DNA of 64,000 nt, taken from positions 32,001-96,000 of IMG/VR virus record IMGVR_UViG_3300024259_000016; one strand, 5' to 3'. This stretch comes from a virus. Of this stretch, positions 28,014-37,376 are shown piece after piece. The position numbers and the translations under genes are program-made. Under the pieces are notes generated by a model. That model did not search any database. It was given only the letters and a program-made list of their open reading frames with translations, and was not told where the DNA came from. Within the stretch, counting starts at the first letter, position 1, and the number at the start of each line of letters is the position of its first letter.

Positions 28014-28331
28014 GTGGGGGTTGATGCGATTGAGGCGCTGGAGCGGGAACGTGACGCGCTCCGATCCGAGGTTAAGGGTGTGCGCACATGGGCCGGCATA
28101 GAGGCTGATAACGTGGATGCGCTGAACGTGGAGCTGGCCCGTGTTCGGAAGCGTGTAGCCGCCATGACCGTTAGGATAACTATCCAGGCCAACCGTGTTC
28201 GGAAGCAGATATCCGCCATGACCGCCGCCCGCGCACTGTTGACCAGGTGCATACCACTAGCCAAGAGCCACGACGAGACCCTGTATCAGGACATCGTGCG
28301 GGCGCTCAAGGATGGGGAGAAAAATGGATAG
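28014..28331 (+). CDS. Coiled-coil hypothetical protein
   Basis: Abuts the upstream stop. Confidence 0.6.
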   Translation: MGVDAIEALERERDALRSEVKGVRTWAGIEADNVDALNVELARVRKRVAAMTVRITIQANRVRKQISAMTAARALLTRCIPLAKSHDETLYQDIVRALKDGEKNG

Positions 28332-28503
28332 TCAACAAAAAATGCAGCGTGAGATTGCCGCACTTAAGGACAGGATTGTCGCCGTGGCAGAGGAGAAGGA
28401 CGCCGAGATTGAGCGGCTGAGGCGGGAGCGAGACGAAGCCCGCGCCGGCGTCACCAGGCTACAAGGTGTGGTCGAGATGCTCAAGTCGGGCGGGGCGGGG
28501 TGA
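28324..28503 (+). CDS. Small coiled-coil protein
   Basis: GGAG RBS, overlap. Confidence 0.6.
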   Translation: MDSQQKMQREIAALKDRIVAVAEEKDAEIERLRRERDEARAGVTRLQGVVEMLKSGGAG

Positions 28504-28841
28504 TGAGCACATGCAACTGCGGGCCGCGCGGACATGGCCCAGAATGTACAGCGCAGGCAGGGGAGATATCCCGGCTCAGCGAACAGGTCCGGGAACTGAA
28601 AAACGGGGTGGGAGCCACGACCGAGCGGTGGGAGATGGGGAAGTACGCGCAGATGGTCTATGAGCGCCACGACTACAAACAGGGATACTGGGAGCAAAAA
28701 TTCGGATTCCGGGTTGGCGACCGGATCTGGTGGGTGGGCGTGGAAGGGTACGGCCACGACGAAGAACAGAGCAAGAAGGACAAAGGGACTTGCCGCGAGA
28801 TAGTGCGGCGCTTGAATGCCGACCCCGAGCCCGGCGAGTAA
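28500..28841 (+). CDS. Hypothetical protein
   Basis: GTGA overlap. Confidence 0.6.
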   Translation: MMSTCNCGPRGHGPECTAQAGEISRLSEQVRELKNGVGATTERWEMGKYAQMVYERHDYKQGYWEQKFGFRVGDRIWWVGVEGYGHDEEQSKKDKGTCREIVRRLNADPEPGE

Positions 28842-28859
28842 CCGGCAGGGGGCGGGGGG

Positions 28860-28887
28860 TTGACTTCTGTGGCGCACGTGGCACACT
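28860..28887 (+). promoter_or_regulatory. Promoter TTGACT-N16-CACACT with operator variant GTGGCGCACGTGGCAC
   Basis: Same architecture as the promoter at 24064. Confidence 0.65.
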
Positions 28888-28931
28888 CTGCTGGACTATC
28901 TAATCTGTGATGAAATACTGAGGAGGAAGAG

Positions 28932-29186
28932 ATGCCGAAACAGCCCAAGACCATTAAGTACTCACCGGCGGATGAGCGCCTGCTGCTGGAGTACTGGAAC
29001 AACCACCACAGGGCCTGGCAGTATCCGTCGGCTTCTGACCTGACCCTGTGCCGGAAGATCGTTGCGGCGCCACAGAAGTATGGAGACATGATGGAGATGT
29101 CGGTGTGCCCTCACGGGGACCTGCAGGGACGCGAGAGGTTCCGCCTGACCCCGGTGGGCCGTGCCCGGGTTGGTAAGGACCTGTAG
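28932..29186 (+). CDS. Hypothetical protein
   Basis: GAGGAGG RBS. Confidence 0.7.
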   Translation: MPKQPKTIKYSPADERLLLEYWNNHHRAWQYPSASDLTLCRKIVAAPQKYGDMMEMSVCPHGDLQGRERFRLTPVGRARVGKDL

Positions 29187-29507
29187 GTGGGGCGGCCAGA
29201 TCCCATACTGGAGATGATGAAGCCTCTCGATGGGGCTGACCGGATCTTGGCTGTGCAAACCTACCTCCGGCAGATGCTGACACTGTCATGCTCCAAGGCC
29301 GGTGTGACCGTTGAGGCGTATCGTAAACTCGAGCCGGCCTGGTGCAAATTCATCGATAAGTTCCCCGATGTGGGGGTAGCAGGTCTGCAACACCTGGAGC
29401 CAGCTTGGCAGCAGATGGCCAGTCAGGCATTTGTGTGGGCGGACCTGCCGGAGCCAGGGGAGACGACTGAAGGAAAACCCCTGAAGGTGCTGGAGGTGAA
29501 GATATGA
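29187..29507 (+). CDS. Hypothetical protein
   Basis: AAGGA RBS, GTG start. Confidence 0.65.
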   Translation: MGRPDPILEMMKPLDGADRILAVQTYLRQMLTLSCSKAGVTVEAYRKLEPAWCKFIDKFPDVGVAGLQHLEPAWQQMASQAFVWADLPEPGETTEGKPLKVLEVKI

Positions 29508-29896
29508 GCCGCGAAGGTCTGACGTCCCATCCGATCGTTAACAAGATGGCGTCCCTGCTGCTTGATGAGGTCCAGGAACATGGCCTGGAGGCATTGGTCC
29601 TCCCTACCGGAGGCGGCCTGGACCTGTCATTGTGTGTCCAGAGAAAGAACTCTGTGCGCAGTCTCCTGCGAATCGAGGTAGTCTTCGGCAGGGAAGAGAG
29701 CGGTTCCGACTTGCTCCTGGTGGTCATGGACTGCGACTGTATCGCTGAGACCCACAAGGCGATCATGACCAATAAGGGGAGAGGAGGTCCTGACTCTACC
29801 TTGGTGTTCAATACAGGGGACCTGGAGACCGATCCGAAGTTGCCCGATGCTGTAGAGCAGGTCAAGGCGTTGGTCAAAGCCTGCGCCGGACTGTAG
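29504..29896 (+). CDS. Hypothetical protein
   Basis: GGAGG RBS, ATGA overlap. Confidence 0.7.
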   Translation: MSREGLTSHPIVNKMASLLLDEVQEHGLEALVLPTGGGLDLSLCVQRKNSVRSLLRIEVVFGREESGSDLLLVVMDCDCIAETHKAIMTNKGRGGPDSTLVFNTGDLETDPKLPDAVEQVKALVKACAGL

Positions 29897-29933
29897 AATA
29901 AGTTCTTCTGAAGACCGGGGAAAGTGAAAGTAC

Positions 29934-30182
29934 GTGGCCGCAAAGAAGAGACAGAAAAAAGTCGTAAAGGTCCGACATCGTCCCCCCCTCCATACCACCA
30001 TCTCGAAGTACGCCCGGGGATTGCTTGACGGCCTGATTGCTGATGTCAAGACCGCGGGGAAACCCGAACTCAAGCAGTCAGCCATCCTTGATCGCTGCAT
30101 CATCGCTCAGGTACCGAAGCTTCGGGAACAGAATGGTCTCCCCCCGGATCCCGAGCAGGTCGCCAGAGAGGGGGGCAAGTAA
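29934..30182 (+). CDS. Ribbon-helix-helix-like DNA-binding protein
   Basis: Basic N-terminus, LHTTIS strand, then two helices (QSAILDRCI). Confidence 0.5.
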   Translation: MAAKKRQKKVVKVRHRPPLHTTISKYARGLLDGLIADVKTAGKPELKQSAILDRCIIAQVPKLREQNGLPPDPEQVAREGGK

Positions 30183-30204
30183 CCCCTTCCCCCCCTCCCC
30201 CCTT

Positions 30205-30939
30205 ATGCCCCGACAACCGGCCTCGATTTATCTATACCAAGGGGACATGTTTGATGTCCTTCCTTACCTGGTGCGTGCCGGGTTGGACCTGCAGTCCATC
30301 TTCACTGATCCCCCCTATTCCGATGTAACCTGTGATGGCCACAACAAAGGAGCCTCTGGCGTAGAGGGGCGGGGAGTTATTGAGTACTCGAGCTGGGGGG
30401 CGGAGGAGGCCCGTCGGTTCTGTCGAGAGATTGCTGTATTGGCACATGGATGGGTTGGGGTGCTGACTGACGACATTCTGGCTGCTGTGTTCCGTGAGTA
30501 TCTGAAGAAGCCTGTTGCAGACGGGGGGGCTGGTCGGTACAGCTTCGCACCGGTACCCTGTGTTGTCCCTGCCAGCCGGGTCCGGTTCCAAGGAGATGGG
30601 CCCCCTTGTGAATCCCACTACCTGGTGGTGGGCCGCCCGAAGCAGGACAGGTTCGTCGGAGGCTGGTCCCCGCGGGGATACTATATCGGGCATCGGGAGG
30701 AACCCTTGAAAGTCCTGGGGGGCAAACCCTTGTCCTTGATGGTCCCGATCGTGAGGGACTACTACTCCAGGGGGGCTGGTGGGTTCGTTTGTGATCCGTG
30801 CCTCGGTAACGGCCAGACCTGCATTGCTTGCTCAATATCGGGAATCCCGTCAGTGGGGATCGAGATGAGTGAGGAGAACCTGGACCTGGCGTATCGCCGA
30901 TGTTTGGAACATGGTCTCCCTGTTACACTGGTCACCTAA
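30205..30939 (+). CDS. DNA amino-methyltransferase (m6A/m4C, beta-class motif order)
   Basis: LYQGD, FTDPPY (motif IV), KPLSLM, VCDPCLGNGQT (motif I-like), GIEM. Confidence 0.85.
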   Translation: MPRQPASIYLYQGDMFDVLPYLVRAGLDLQSIFTDPPYSDVTCDGHNKGASGVEGRGVIEYSSWGAEEARRFCREIAVLAHGWVGVLTDDILAAVFREYLKKPVADGGAGRYSFAPVPCVVPASRVRFQGDGPPCESHYLVVGRPKQDRFVGGWSPRGYYIGHREEPLKVLGGKPLSLMVPIVRDYYSRGAGGFVCDPCLGNGQTCIACSISGIPSVGIEMSEENLDLAYRRCLEHGLPVTLVT

Positions 30940-30950
30940 CGGAGGACTTG

Positions 30951-31808
30951 ATGTCTGATTACCCTACTCTGAGACTTACCAAGCCGGCGACCCACAGCCC
31001 TGCTGTTACCCGTCTGCAGGAGCTCCTGGACCTTGCCGGGTTTGCTCTCCAATGCGATGGATGGTTTGGACGGGAAACCCATAAAGCGGTTGTTGCCTTT
31101 CAGAAGCTCACTTCTATCGAACCTGACGGGGTGGCCGGTCTGCGGACCTGGGCTGCCCTCGAGCCCCCGACGAATGCGGCCCCTCGTCCGGAAGATTCGG
31201 ATCCGATCGTCAGCCGCATTGGCTACCATCCCAAGCCGCGGCTGTTCCAGCGGGTCAGGGAATGGGCCGATATCTGCGGCGTGACCCTGCATCAGATGGG
31301 GATCCTCGTTTCCGACACACCGCAACGTCAGGATACTCTCGGGGCACATATTTCTATCCTCCGCTCGGGTGCCATCGTCCGGGTGAACCCGATGACAGAC
31401 ATGATTTGGCATGCCCAGAAGCTGAGCCACAAGACCGTTGGGATTGAGTTCAATGGGAATATGGAGGGTATCGAGGGGGACCGTTCTACTCTTTGGGGAG
31501 ATGCCGGCCCTCATCCTGTAACTGATGCACAAGTGGATGCGGCCAACGACGTCCTGTTCCCTTGGTTGGTTCGATGTTTTGAGGCCAATGGGGTGCACTT
31601 CAGCAACGTCCATGCACATCGCCAATCCAGTGGTACCCGACGGGCCGACCCGGGGTCAGAGATCTGGCAGCGGGTAGGGATTCCGTGGATCGAGAGGCTG
31701 AAGGCACTAGGGATGGGCAAGCGGGGGGACGGTGGAGCAGGGTTCTCGGTGGGGGACGGTCGGTCAATTCCGAAGGAGTGGAACCCGGAGTACCCTGGGA
31801 AGTACTGA
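30951..31808 (+). CDS. Endolysin: peptidoglycan-binding domain plus Zn N-acetylmuramoyl-L-alanine amidase
   Basis: LQELL...DGWFG...AVVAFQ...DGVAGLRTW PG-binding motif; TLHQ, AHI, WHA, VGIEF, HAHRQ...DPG amidase motifs. Confidence 0.9.
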   Translation: MSDYPTLRLTKPATHSPAVTRLQELLDLAGFALQCDGWFGRETHKAVVAFQKLTSIEPDGVAGLRTWAALEPPTNAAPRPEDSDPIVSRIGYHPKPRLFQRVREWADICGVTLHQMGILVSDTPQRQDTLGAHISILRSGAIVRVNPMTDMIWHAQKLSHKTVGIEFNGNMEGIEGDRSTLWGDAGPHPVTDAQVDAANDVLFPWLVRCFEANGVHFSNVHAHRQSSGTRRADPGSEIWQRVGIPWIERLKALGMGKRGDGGAGFSVGDGRSIPKEWNPEYPGKY

Positions 31809-31936
31809 CCGGCGAGGCCCTGAGATGCTCTGTGCCGGGCCGAACCCACAATCCGGTACACCTGCATTGCCGGGTCCGGGCTCTGTCGGGGGCGTGTGCG
31901 GTGCGAATTGTGGCGGGGGTGTGCGGGTGGGGGTGT

Positions 31937-32494
31937 CTACGGGACGGAGGCGGGAGTCGCGGCGCTCTCTGCCGGCGCTGGGTCGGGTGTTGGGCACACC
32001 GGGCAGACCTTATCCGGGCACTCCAGCAGGCCGGCGAAGAACAGGCACCACGACTGCTCCATGCTCATGGGGTCGGGCCACTTCTTGAGGCACGCAGCCC
32101 CGGCCTTGTCGGCCCCCTTGGCAAGCAGGTCGGCCTTCACTCCCTGGGCGATGTTGGTGAGCATCGGGCTGGGCCTGAAGCCGTCGCACCCGTTGAGGGT
32201 CACCAGGGCGATGAGGACGCCGGCCGCAATGACGAACATACGCACCGACTCACCGAGCTGGACGTATCCGCCCTCCTTGGACGCGGCGGCGCCGATGGCC
32301 GTGGCCGCCCTGATTCGCCCGAAGATTGCGAGGCCTCCGGTGATAGTCATGAGCAGGGTTTTGAGCCATGCGGGCAGGTAGGGGTCGAGCACGCCGGTCA
32401 TCTCGTGGGTGGCCCCCTGCGCGATAGTCGCCAGGGCTGCCAGGATGGTGAGACTCAGATACCAGGGCTTGGCCCCGTTTGTTTCCTTGGTCAT
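31937..32494 (-). CDS. Holin-like membrane protein fused to a lipoprotein-like C-terminus
   Basis: Hydrophobic segments at KPWYLSLTI and GLAIFGRIRA, then VLIALVTLNGC (lipobox-like) and a Cys/Pro tail. Confidence 0.55.
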   Translation of the reverse strand: MTKETNGAKPWYLSLTILAALATIAQGATHEMTGVLDPYLPAWLKTLLMTITGGLAIFGRIRAATAIGAAASKEGGYVQLGESVRMFVIAAGVLIALVTLNGCDGFRPSPMLTNIAQGVKADLLAKGADKAGAACLKKWPDPMSMEQSWCLFFAGLLECPDKVCPVCPTPDPAPAESAATPASVP

Positions 32495-33306
32495 GATTCT
32501 CCTCCTAGTACCTTGCGGCACCATGTTGTCGAACGTGGATTATACAACCCCCAGGGGCACCTCTTGCAAGCGGGGATATTGGGCTTGGCTTCGCACTGAC
32601 GGCGGGACCGGACCAGCAGACGTGCCGCCTCGGCCGCGTTCACGTAGAAGTCCTGCAGCGCCTCCCTGAAGCGGTCGCCCCCGCGGGTGTGTACATCCAG
32701 GGCGCGAACCTGCCAGGGGCCGACGTCTGCCTGCTTGCCGTCTCGGCGCACCACCATGCGGCACCGACTCTCGGCCTTACATACCTTCCAAAGCAGTCCA
32801 CGGGGCAGGTCACGGGCTCGCTCTAGGGCACGGATGTAGGCCCGGCGTTCGGACCTCGCCGCCTCGGCTTCAGCAGGTCTGCACCCCGTCCTGAAGGCGA
32901 AGAAGGCCACCGCCGCAACGATCATGAACAACAGGCCCACAGCCCATACTGGCAACAGGCCCTTGCGTGGTCCGGGGATGACGTCCAGTTCCGCCAGTGC
33001 CAGGTCGACTAGGTTGTCCATCATTTCTTCAGTAATACCTGGGGCCTCAACCACCTTCTCACTGCAACCGTTCGGGCAGATGGCACGGGCGGGCTGACGG
33101 CGCGGGTCCCCGCCCTCGTTGCCGCGCACCCGGTCCGGGTCCCAGTAGCGCACCTTGATTTGCACAGGGGGCCGCGGTGGCTTGCCGCACCCGCAGGAGA
33201 GCTCCACGTCGGCCCATACGGCATAGGTCCCCTTGGTTGGGTCATGCGGGTTCATCTGTGGCGGGTGGATTTTGTAGACGTGGAGGACTTGAAAGAGAGT
33301 GGGCAT
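32491..33306 (-). CDS. Membrane-anchored lytic transglycosylase-like protein with an N-terminal Cys domain
   Basis: Central transmembrane segment; LPRGLLWKVCKAES and DVGPWQV lysozyme-like motifs, YN near the end. Confidence 0.65.
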   Translation of the reverse strand: MPTLFQVLHVYKIHPPQMNPHDPTKGTYAVWADVELSCGCGKPPRPPVQIKVRYWDPDRVRGNEGGDPRRQPARAICPNGCSEKVVEAPGITEEMMDNLVDLALAELDVIPGPRKGLLPVWAVGLLFMIVAAVAFFAFRTGCRPAEAEAARSERRAYIRALERARDLPRGLLWKVCKAESRCRMVVRRDGKQADVGPWQVRALDVHTRGGDRFREALQDFYVNAAEAARLLVRSRRQCEAKPNIPACKRCPWGLYNPRSTTWCRKVLGGES

Positions 33307-33737
33307 TATCTGCGCCTGCGCGGCCTGTACTGCCCGCGGCTGTTCTTCTCCACGAGCGCGTCCATTTTGATGTTCATCTTACTGCGCCACAGATCGGCCT
33401 TGTGGCTCTCGTCTTTGATCAACCCTTTTACCTCAGCCACATCGTCCTTGTGATTCTCCCGGGTGACGTAGGATTCAAGGGCGTTGGTGATGGTCGGGTG
33501 GGATTCCTCAATTGGTGGGGCCCTGTGGGCGGTCATCGCTGCGGCGTCTTTCTTCTCCACCGCATCATCAAACCACTTCTGCCCAGCGATAAACCAACCC
33601 AGGACAAGGACGCCGCTGAACAGGAGCGACCCCAGGAGTTTGATTGTTACCTGTTGTCCATAGAACCCAGGTCCGGGTGTGGGGGGAAGTGGCTGGGCGT
33701 TTACCTGACTAACTTCTTCCATTTCGTCCTTCTCCAT
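33306..33737 (-). CDS. Single-pass membrane protein of the lysis region
   Basis: LLGSLLFSGVLVLGWFIAG; TAATG overlap. Confidence 0.65.
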   Translation of the reverse strand: MEKDEMEEVSQVNAQPLPPTPGPGFYGQQVTIKLLGSLLFSGVLVLGWFIAGQKWFDDAVEKKDAAAMTAHRAPPIEESHPTITNALESYVTRENHKDDVAEVKGLIKDESHKADLWRSKMNIKMDALVEKNSRGQYRPRRRR

Positions 33738-33803
33738 GCGCCCTCCTGGCGCCGCCCGCAGTGACTGCGCCGTCCCGGGCGCGGTGCCGCACTCTCGCCC
33801 TTG

Positions 33804-34031
33804 CTACTGGATCTCCCACGCCTCGTCAAACCCGGGGTAGTCCTTGGTCCTGGTGGGTGGCCTGAACGTTGAATGGGTCTCGTTTCCATCCACCACCACG
33901 GCATAGATCCACCCATCCTCTGGTGCTGCAACAGGAGGGGTTCCGCGCACGTCGCCCTTTTTGCAGACCTCGTACTTGGTGGACCGCTTGAATTTCTTCC
34001 CGGTCGTTCGCCTCTTCAGTTTCTTTGCCAT
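33804..34031 (-). CDS. Small basic hypothetical protein
   Basis: Follows the fibre gene. Confidence 0.6.
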   Translation of the reverse strand: MAKKLKRRTTGKKFKRSTKYEVCKKGDVRGTPPVAAPEDGWIYAVVVDGNETHSTFRPPTRTKDYPGFDEAWEIQ

Positions 34032-34040
34032 TGGGTTCCC

Positions 34041-35303
34041 CTACAGATTGGCCAGATACAGACCGCGAGTCTCGCAGGTCACGGTTCCTGACCCGGTCGC
34101 GTTCAGGCACTTGAAGATTACCGACGGATTGATGTTCATGTCTGCCACGGCGACGGTCTTGGCCGTGGTGTGGACAGCCCACCCGGTAGCCCCTGGAAGC
34201 CCAGGATTAGAGCCGGCTGCGTTTCCTGAGTAGAATGCCTTAACCACTCCAGAGATTGGGTCGTAAATCATTCCAATCCAGAATGAATCATCGATGGTCG
34301 CGTTGGATAGCGTTGTGGTGTCCCCGTTCTCGGTGATAGTAAGCTTCCACGCGCCACCAGTCCGCTCCTGGAGAACGCCGACGTATTTGGCGAGACCGAC
34401 AGGGGCAACGTACATCGCGAAGTATGTATCGTTTGCTGATCCGAGTTGCGTGACGTGGCACCAGCACGCAACGGGCCGCGTTGGGATGGATAGTTGCAAT
34501 TCAGGTGCCGCCGCTGCTCCGTGAGTATGCGCCCATGTGTACTTGGAACCGTCGGCGGTGATGGTGTAGCCGCTGCCAACCTGCTGAGTCCATGCCGTGA
34601 CGATCGGGTTGGCGGTGCAGTCGTCGGAGATGCCCTGTTTGGCTACGCCGCCGTCCAGGATGATTGTGCCCTGGTCGGTGTTGAACGGGGCGGCGGGGGC
34701 CTGAACCGCCGTGTCCGCCGTGGCCCCCTGCGCAGCCGTAGCGAAAAACCCCTCGCTCCTCAACGCAGCGTTGCCGAGTGCCACGGCTGCCACCCCCCCG
34801 GCGGAAGTTTTCAGGTATCCGGACAGCCCCGTGGTATCGATCTTGTCGTGCAGCACACCCTCGGCGAGTTGGCCGGTTCCGTCCAGGGAGGCGTACCCGC
34901 CGGCAGCACCCTTGTTGGCCGTGTCTTCGATGACCCCAGTTGTGCCATGGGTAGTAGTGAGTGCAGCATGGACCGAGACGGCGTTGGCCAACTCAGCCGC
35001 TGTTGTCACCGTGACCCCGATGATCGCTTCGAGCTTGCCCTCTGAATTGAGATCAGCGGTAGTCAGGAAAGCGGCAATCGCTGCGCCCAGTTCCGCTGTG
35101 GAGGTGAGGGTGACACCAGTGATCGCCTCAAGCTTGCCCTCTGTGTCTAGATCTGTACTTTGGAGGTACGGGATCAAGGCAGCCACCAGCTCGGCGTTGG
35201 AGGCCATGGCCTCACCAACAGCTGTCTCGAGTTGTGCCTGAGAAGTGATGGTTGTCCCCCCACCCCCTCTGCCCCTGCTGAATCCGCCATCGTAATCGGC
35301 CAT
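34041..35303 (-). CDS. Virion fibre or appendage protein
   Basis: Ala/Thr/Gly-rich; 33-aa repeat (DLxxEGKLEAIxGVT); KGAAGGYASLD and FATAAQGATADTAVQ fibre-shaft motifs; beta-rich C-terminus. Confidence 0.7.
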   Translation of the reverse strand: MADYDGGFSRGRGGGGTTITSQAQLETAVGEAMASNAELVAALIPYLQSTDLDTEGKLEAITGVTLTSTAELGAAIAAFLTTADLNSEGKLEAIIGVTVTTAAELANAVSVHAALTTTHGTTGVIEDTANKGAAGGYASLDGTGQLAEGVLHDKIDTTGLSGYLKTSAGGVAAVALGNAALRSEGFFATAAQGATADTAVQAPAAPFNTDQGTIILDGGVAKQGISDDCTANPIVTAWTQQVGSGYTITADGSKYTWAHTHGAAAAPELQLSIPTRPVACWCHVTQLGSANDTYFAMYVAPVGLAKYVGVLQERTGGAWKLTITENGDTTTLSNATIDDSFWIGMIYDPISGVVKAFYSGNAAGSNPGLPGATGWAVHTTAKTVAVADMNINPSVIFKCLNATGSGTVTCETRGLYLANL

Positions 35304-35321
35304 CAGAATCTCCCTATACTG

Positions 35322-35690
35322 CTATCCGTGGTTCAAGTAGAACTCAATGTTGGCCACATTGGCAGGACCAACCAAACCCAAGTGGGTGCACCGGGGTGAC
35401 AGCAGGAAGCCTCGTTCGTATCTCTGTGCCGGCGCTGGGGAATCCCACCCAACTCGCAGGGCCCACTTCCCGTTGAGGTAGGCGTACAGCTCCAAGGCTT
35501 TGGCACCGGCCACAGCCACATCGTAGCCGACTGAGCCTCCGTCGTAGATGGCCTTCTGCTTCGGGAGCTCCACGACGTGCGTCAGGCTGGCGGGGAACGC
35601 CTCGGTCAGCAGGGCTGCGTAGTTGACATGCATCTGGGCCTGCGCCAAGACGATGATGGAACCATGAGGGTACAAGACATTTCCGGGCAT
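35322..35690 (-). CDS. Hypothetical protein, probably structural
   Basis: GGAGG RBS; promoter TTGCCC-N18-TACTGT at 35736-35765. Confidence 0.7.
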   Translation of the reverse strand: MPGNVLYPHGSIIVLAQAQMHVNYAALLTEAFPASLTHVVELPKQKAIYDGGSVGYDVAVAGAKALELYAYLNGKWALRVGWDSPAPAQRYERGFLLSPRCTHLGLVGPANVANIEFYLNHG

Positions 35691-35818
35691 GGCGGTGACA
35701 GCCTCCGGTGAGGGGTTCAGTAGATATTGCTACCTACAGTAGCGCGGGGGGTGGGGCTGGGGCAAGGACTACGGGATGGGGGGTGTGACAGAGTGTGTCG
35801 CCGGTGTGCCAGAATGTG

Positions 35819-36394
35819 TCAGGCAGCAGGTTTGTGGGCCATCAGGTTCAAGGAGATGTTTTCCTGGCAGGCATAATCTTGACCCTGCCAGATCGCAGGA
35901 ATGGATACTGCGTCCCAGGTTTGTATGTCGATGAAGTCTGCTTGGAGGAGGACCTTGGCTAGTTTCTCCCTTGTGAAGCACCACTTGTGACGGTCCCAGT
36001 CAGGGGTTGTGGATAGGCAAGGCCCAAACAAGGGATAGTCAGGCTCCGGGCCAAAGTATTCCGGGTCTTCAGGGGAGGTGAGAACACAGCCCAGGAGGAC
36101 CTTCCTGAGATCAGGGACAGCAAGCCTGAGGATCCCCCCGGGGATCAAGGCCTGTCGTAGTTTGACCAGCAGAGCCGGAGCCAGATCCGGATATACATGC
36201 TCGAGGACATGACTCATGTAGATCTCAGAGAAGTGCCCGAGGGGTAGGTCATCAGCCATGATGTCCACTGCGAATCCTGCAGGGGACTGGCTGAGTCGTC
36301 CATCCGTATTGGTATATCCGACCAGGTCTTTACCCCCGCACCCGAGCTGGAGCTTGCTGCCCCGGAGAACCTGATTGAGTCTCGACGGAGGCAT
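35819..36394 (-). CDS. Class I SAM-dependent methyltransferase-like protein
   Basis: LQLGCG, SHVLEHV, LIPGGILRLAVPD. Confidence 0.8.
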   Translation of the reverse strand: MPPSRLNQVLRGSKLQLGCGGKDLVGYTNTDGRLSQSPAGFAVDIMADDLPLGHFSEIYMSHVLEHVYPDLAPALLVKLRQALIPGGILRLAVPDLRKVLLGCVLTSPEDPEYFGPEPDYPLFGPCLSTTPDWDRHKWCFTREKLAKVLLQADFIDIQTWDAVSIPAIWQGQDYACQENISLNLMAHKPAA

Positions 36395-37350
36395 TACCGT
36401 TGGGGGATGCGCTGGTGCATGACGTCGAGAATGTCTGTTCGGGCGAAGCCGGCAGCTCCTGATGCGACGAGGGAGGGGACTTTGTCCTCAGCGGAACCGA
36501 TGAACCAGCCGCGGCCGTCAAGTAGGTCCATCTGCTGGCAGTTTTTGAATCCGACCTCCTGCATGATCTGAAGCCAGGTGTTGCCGGTCGGGATCCACCA
36601 GTTCCAACCTACCTGGGAGGGCCCCCGGTACTGAGCGTGGGGGTAGAACTTGTCAGGCAGGGTCATCGTCTCGAACAACAGCACCCCGCCTGGGCGGAGC
36701 ATGAGACGGAGGATGGCCAGGGCGCACGCTGGGTCTGAGCAGTGGTAAAGCACTCCCGGACAGTAGATGACGTCGTAGGTGGCCGACGGGTCCAGCAGGG
36801 ATGCCTTGGGCATGTCGTACAGGCTGCAGCCGTAGACATTGTCACCCCGGATAGAAAAGACCTCCTTGTGGCGTTTGGACCAGCTTGCAAAAACCGGGAC
36901 CTCTTCGACCACATCGACTTCAGCCGCCCCGAAGCCATCGAGGAGCATGACCTCGTAGCCGCACCAGGCCCCCACTACGCAGCATCTATGGCCCTGGGAC
37001 AGGGCACGTAGGTCAATCCCGGTCTCTCTGAGCCTGGCCGCATTCAAGAGTCCCCGGGTGTGACGGGCACCGGCCGCACCTTGGGGGCCCATGGCGCCGA
37101 TTACCTGAAGGCCTTCTCCGTAGTCATGGTCCTGGTCCCAGGCGTAGCAGTCCAGGGCCGTTCCCTGGTTAGCCGCCCAGGTCTTGACCCATACATCGGT
37201 TGGGTTCTGGTCCACGAAGTCAGAGACTTCCTGTTTGAAAGCTTGGGCTTGTGCATCACCGTGTAAGTCCCGGATCCGCTGCAGGGAATACCCCCCCATG
37301 ATCTCCTGCTCGATGGCCACTCCTACTTCGTTCAGACTTCCTTGTCTCAT
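36394..37350 (-). CDS. CmoB/DUF1698-like SAM-dependent (carboxy)methyltransferase
   Basis: VGAWCG, YDVIYCPGVLYH, LRPGGVLLFET, NWWIPT. Confidence 0.75.
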   Translation of the reverse strand: MRQGSLNEVGVAIEQEIMGGYSLQRIRDLHGDAQAQAFKQEVSDFVDQNPTDVWVKTWAANQGTALDCYAWDQDHDYGEGLQVIGAMGPQGAAGARHTRGLLNAARLRETGIDLRALSQGHRCCVVGAWCGYEVMLLDGFGAAEVDVVEEVPVFASWSKRHKEVFSIRGDNVYGCSLYDMPKASLLDPSATYDVIYCPGVLYHCSDPACALAILRLMLRPGGVLLFETMTLPDKFYPHAQYRGPSQVGWNWWIPTGNTWLQIMQEVGFKNCQQMDLLDGRGWFIGSAEDKVPSLVASGAAGFARTDILDVMHQRIPQR

Positions 37351-37376
37351 TGCCTTGCTCCTCGATTATGGAGTTG

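Noticed and set aside
36394-37350. Assigning the gene symbol cmoB
   Set aside because: Only fold-level motifs are seen, and the glycan-operon context argues against tRNA modification
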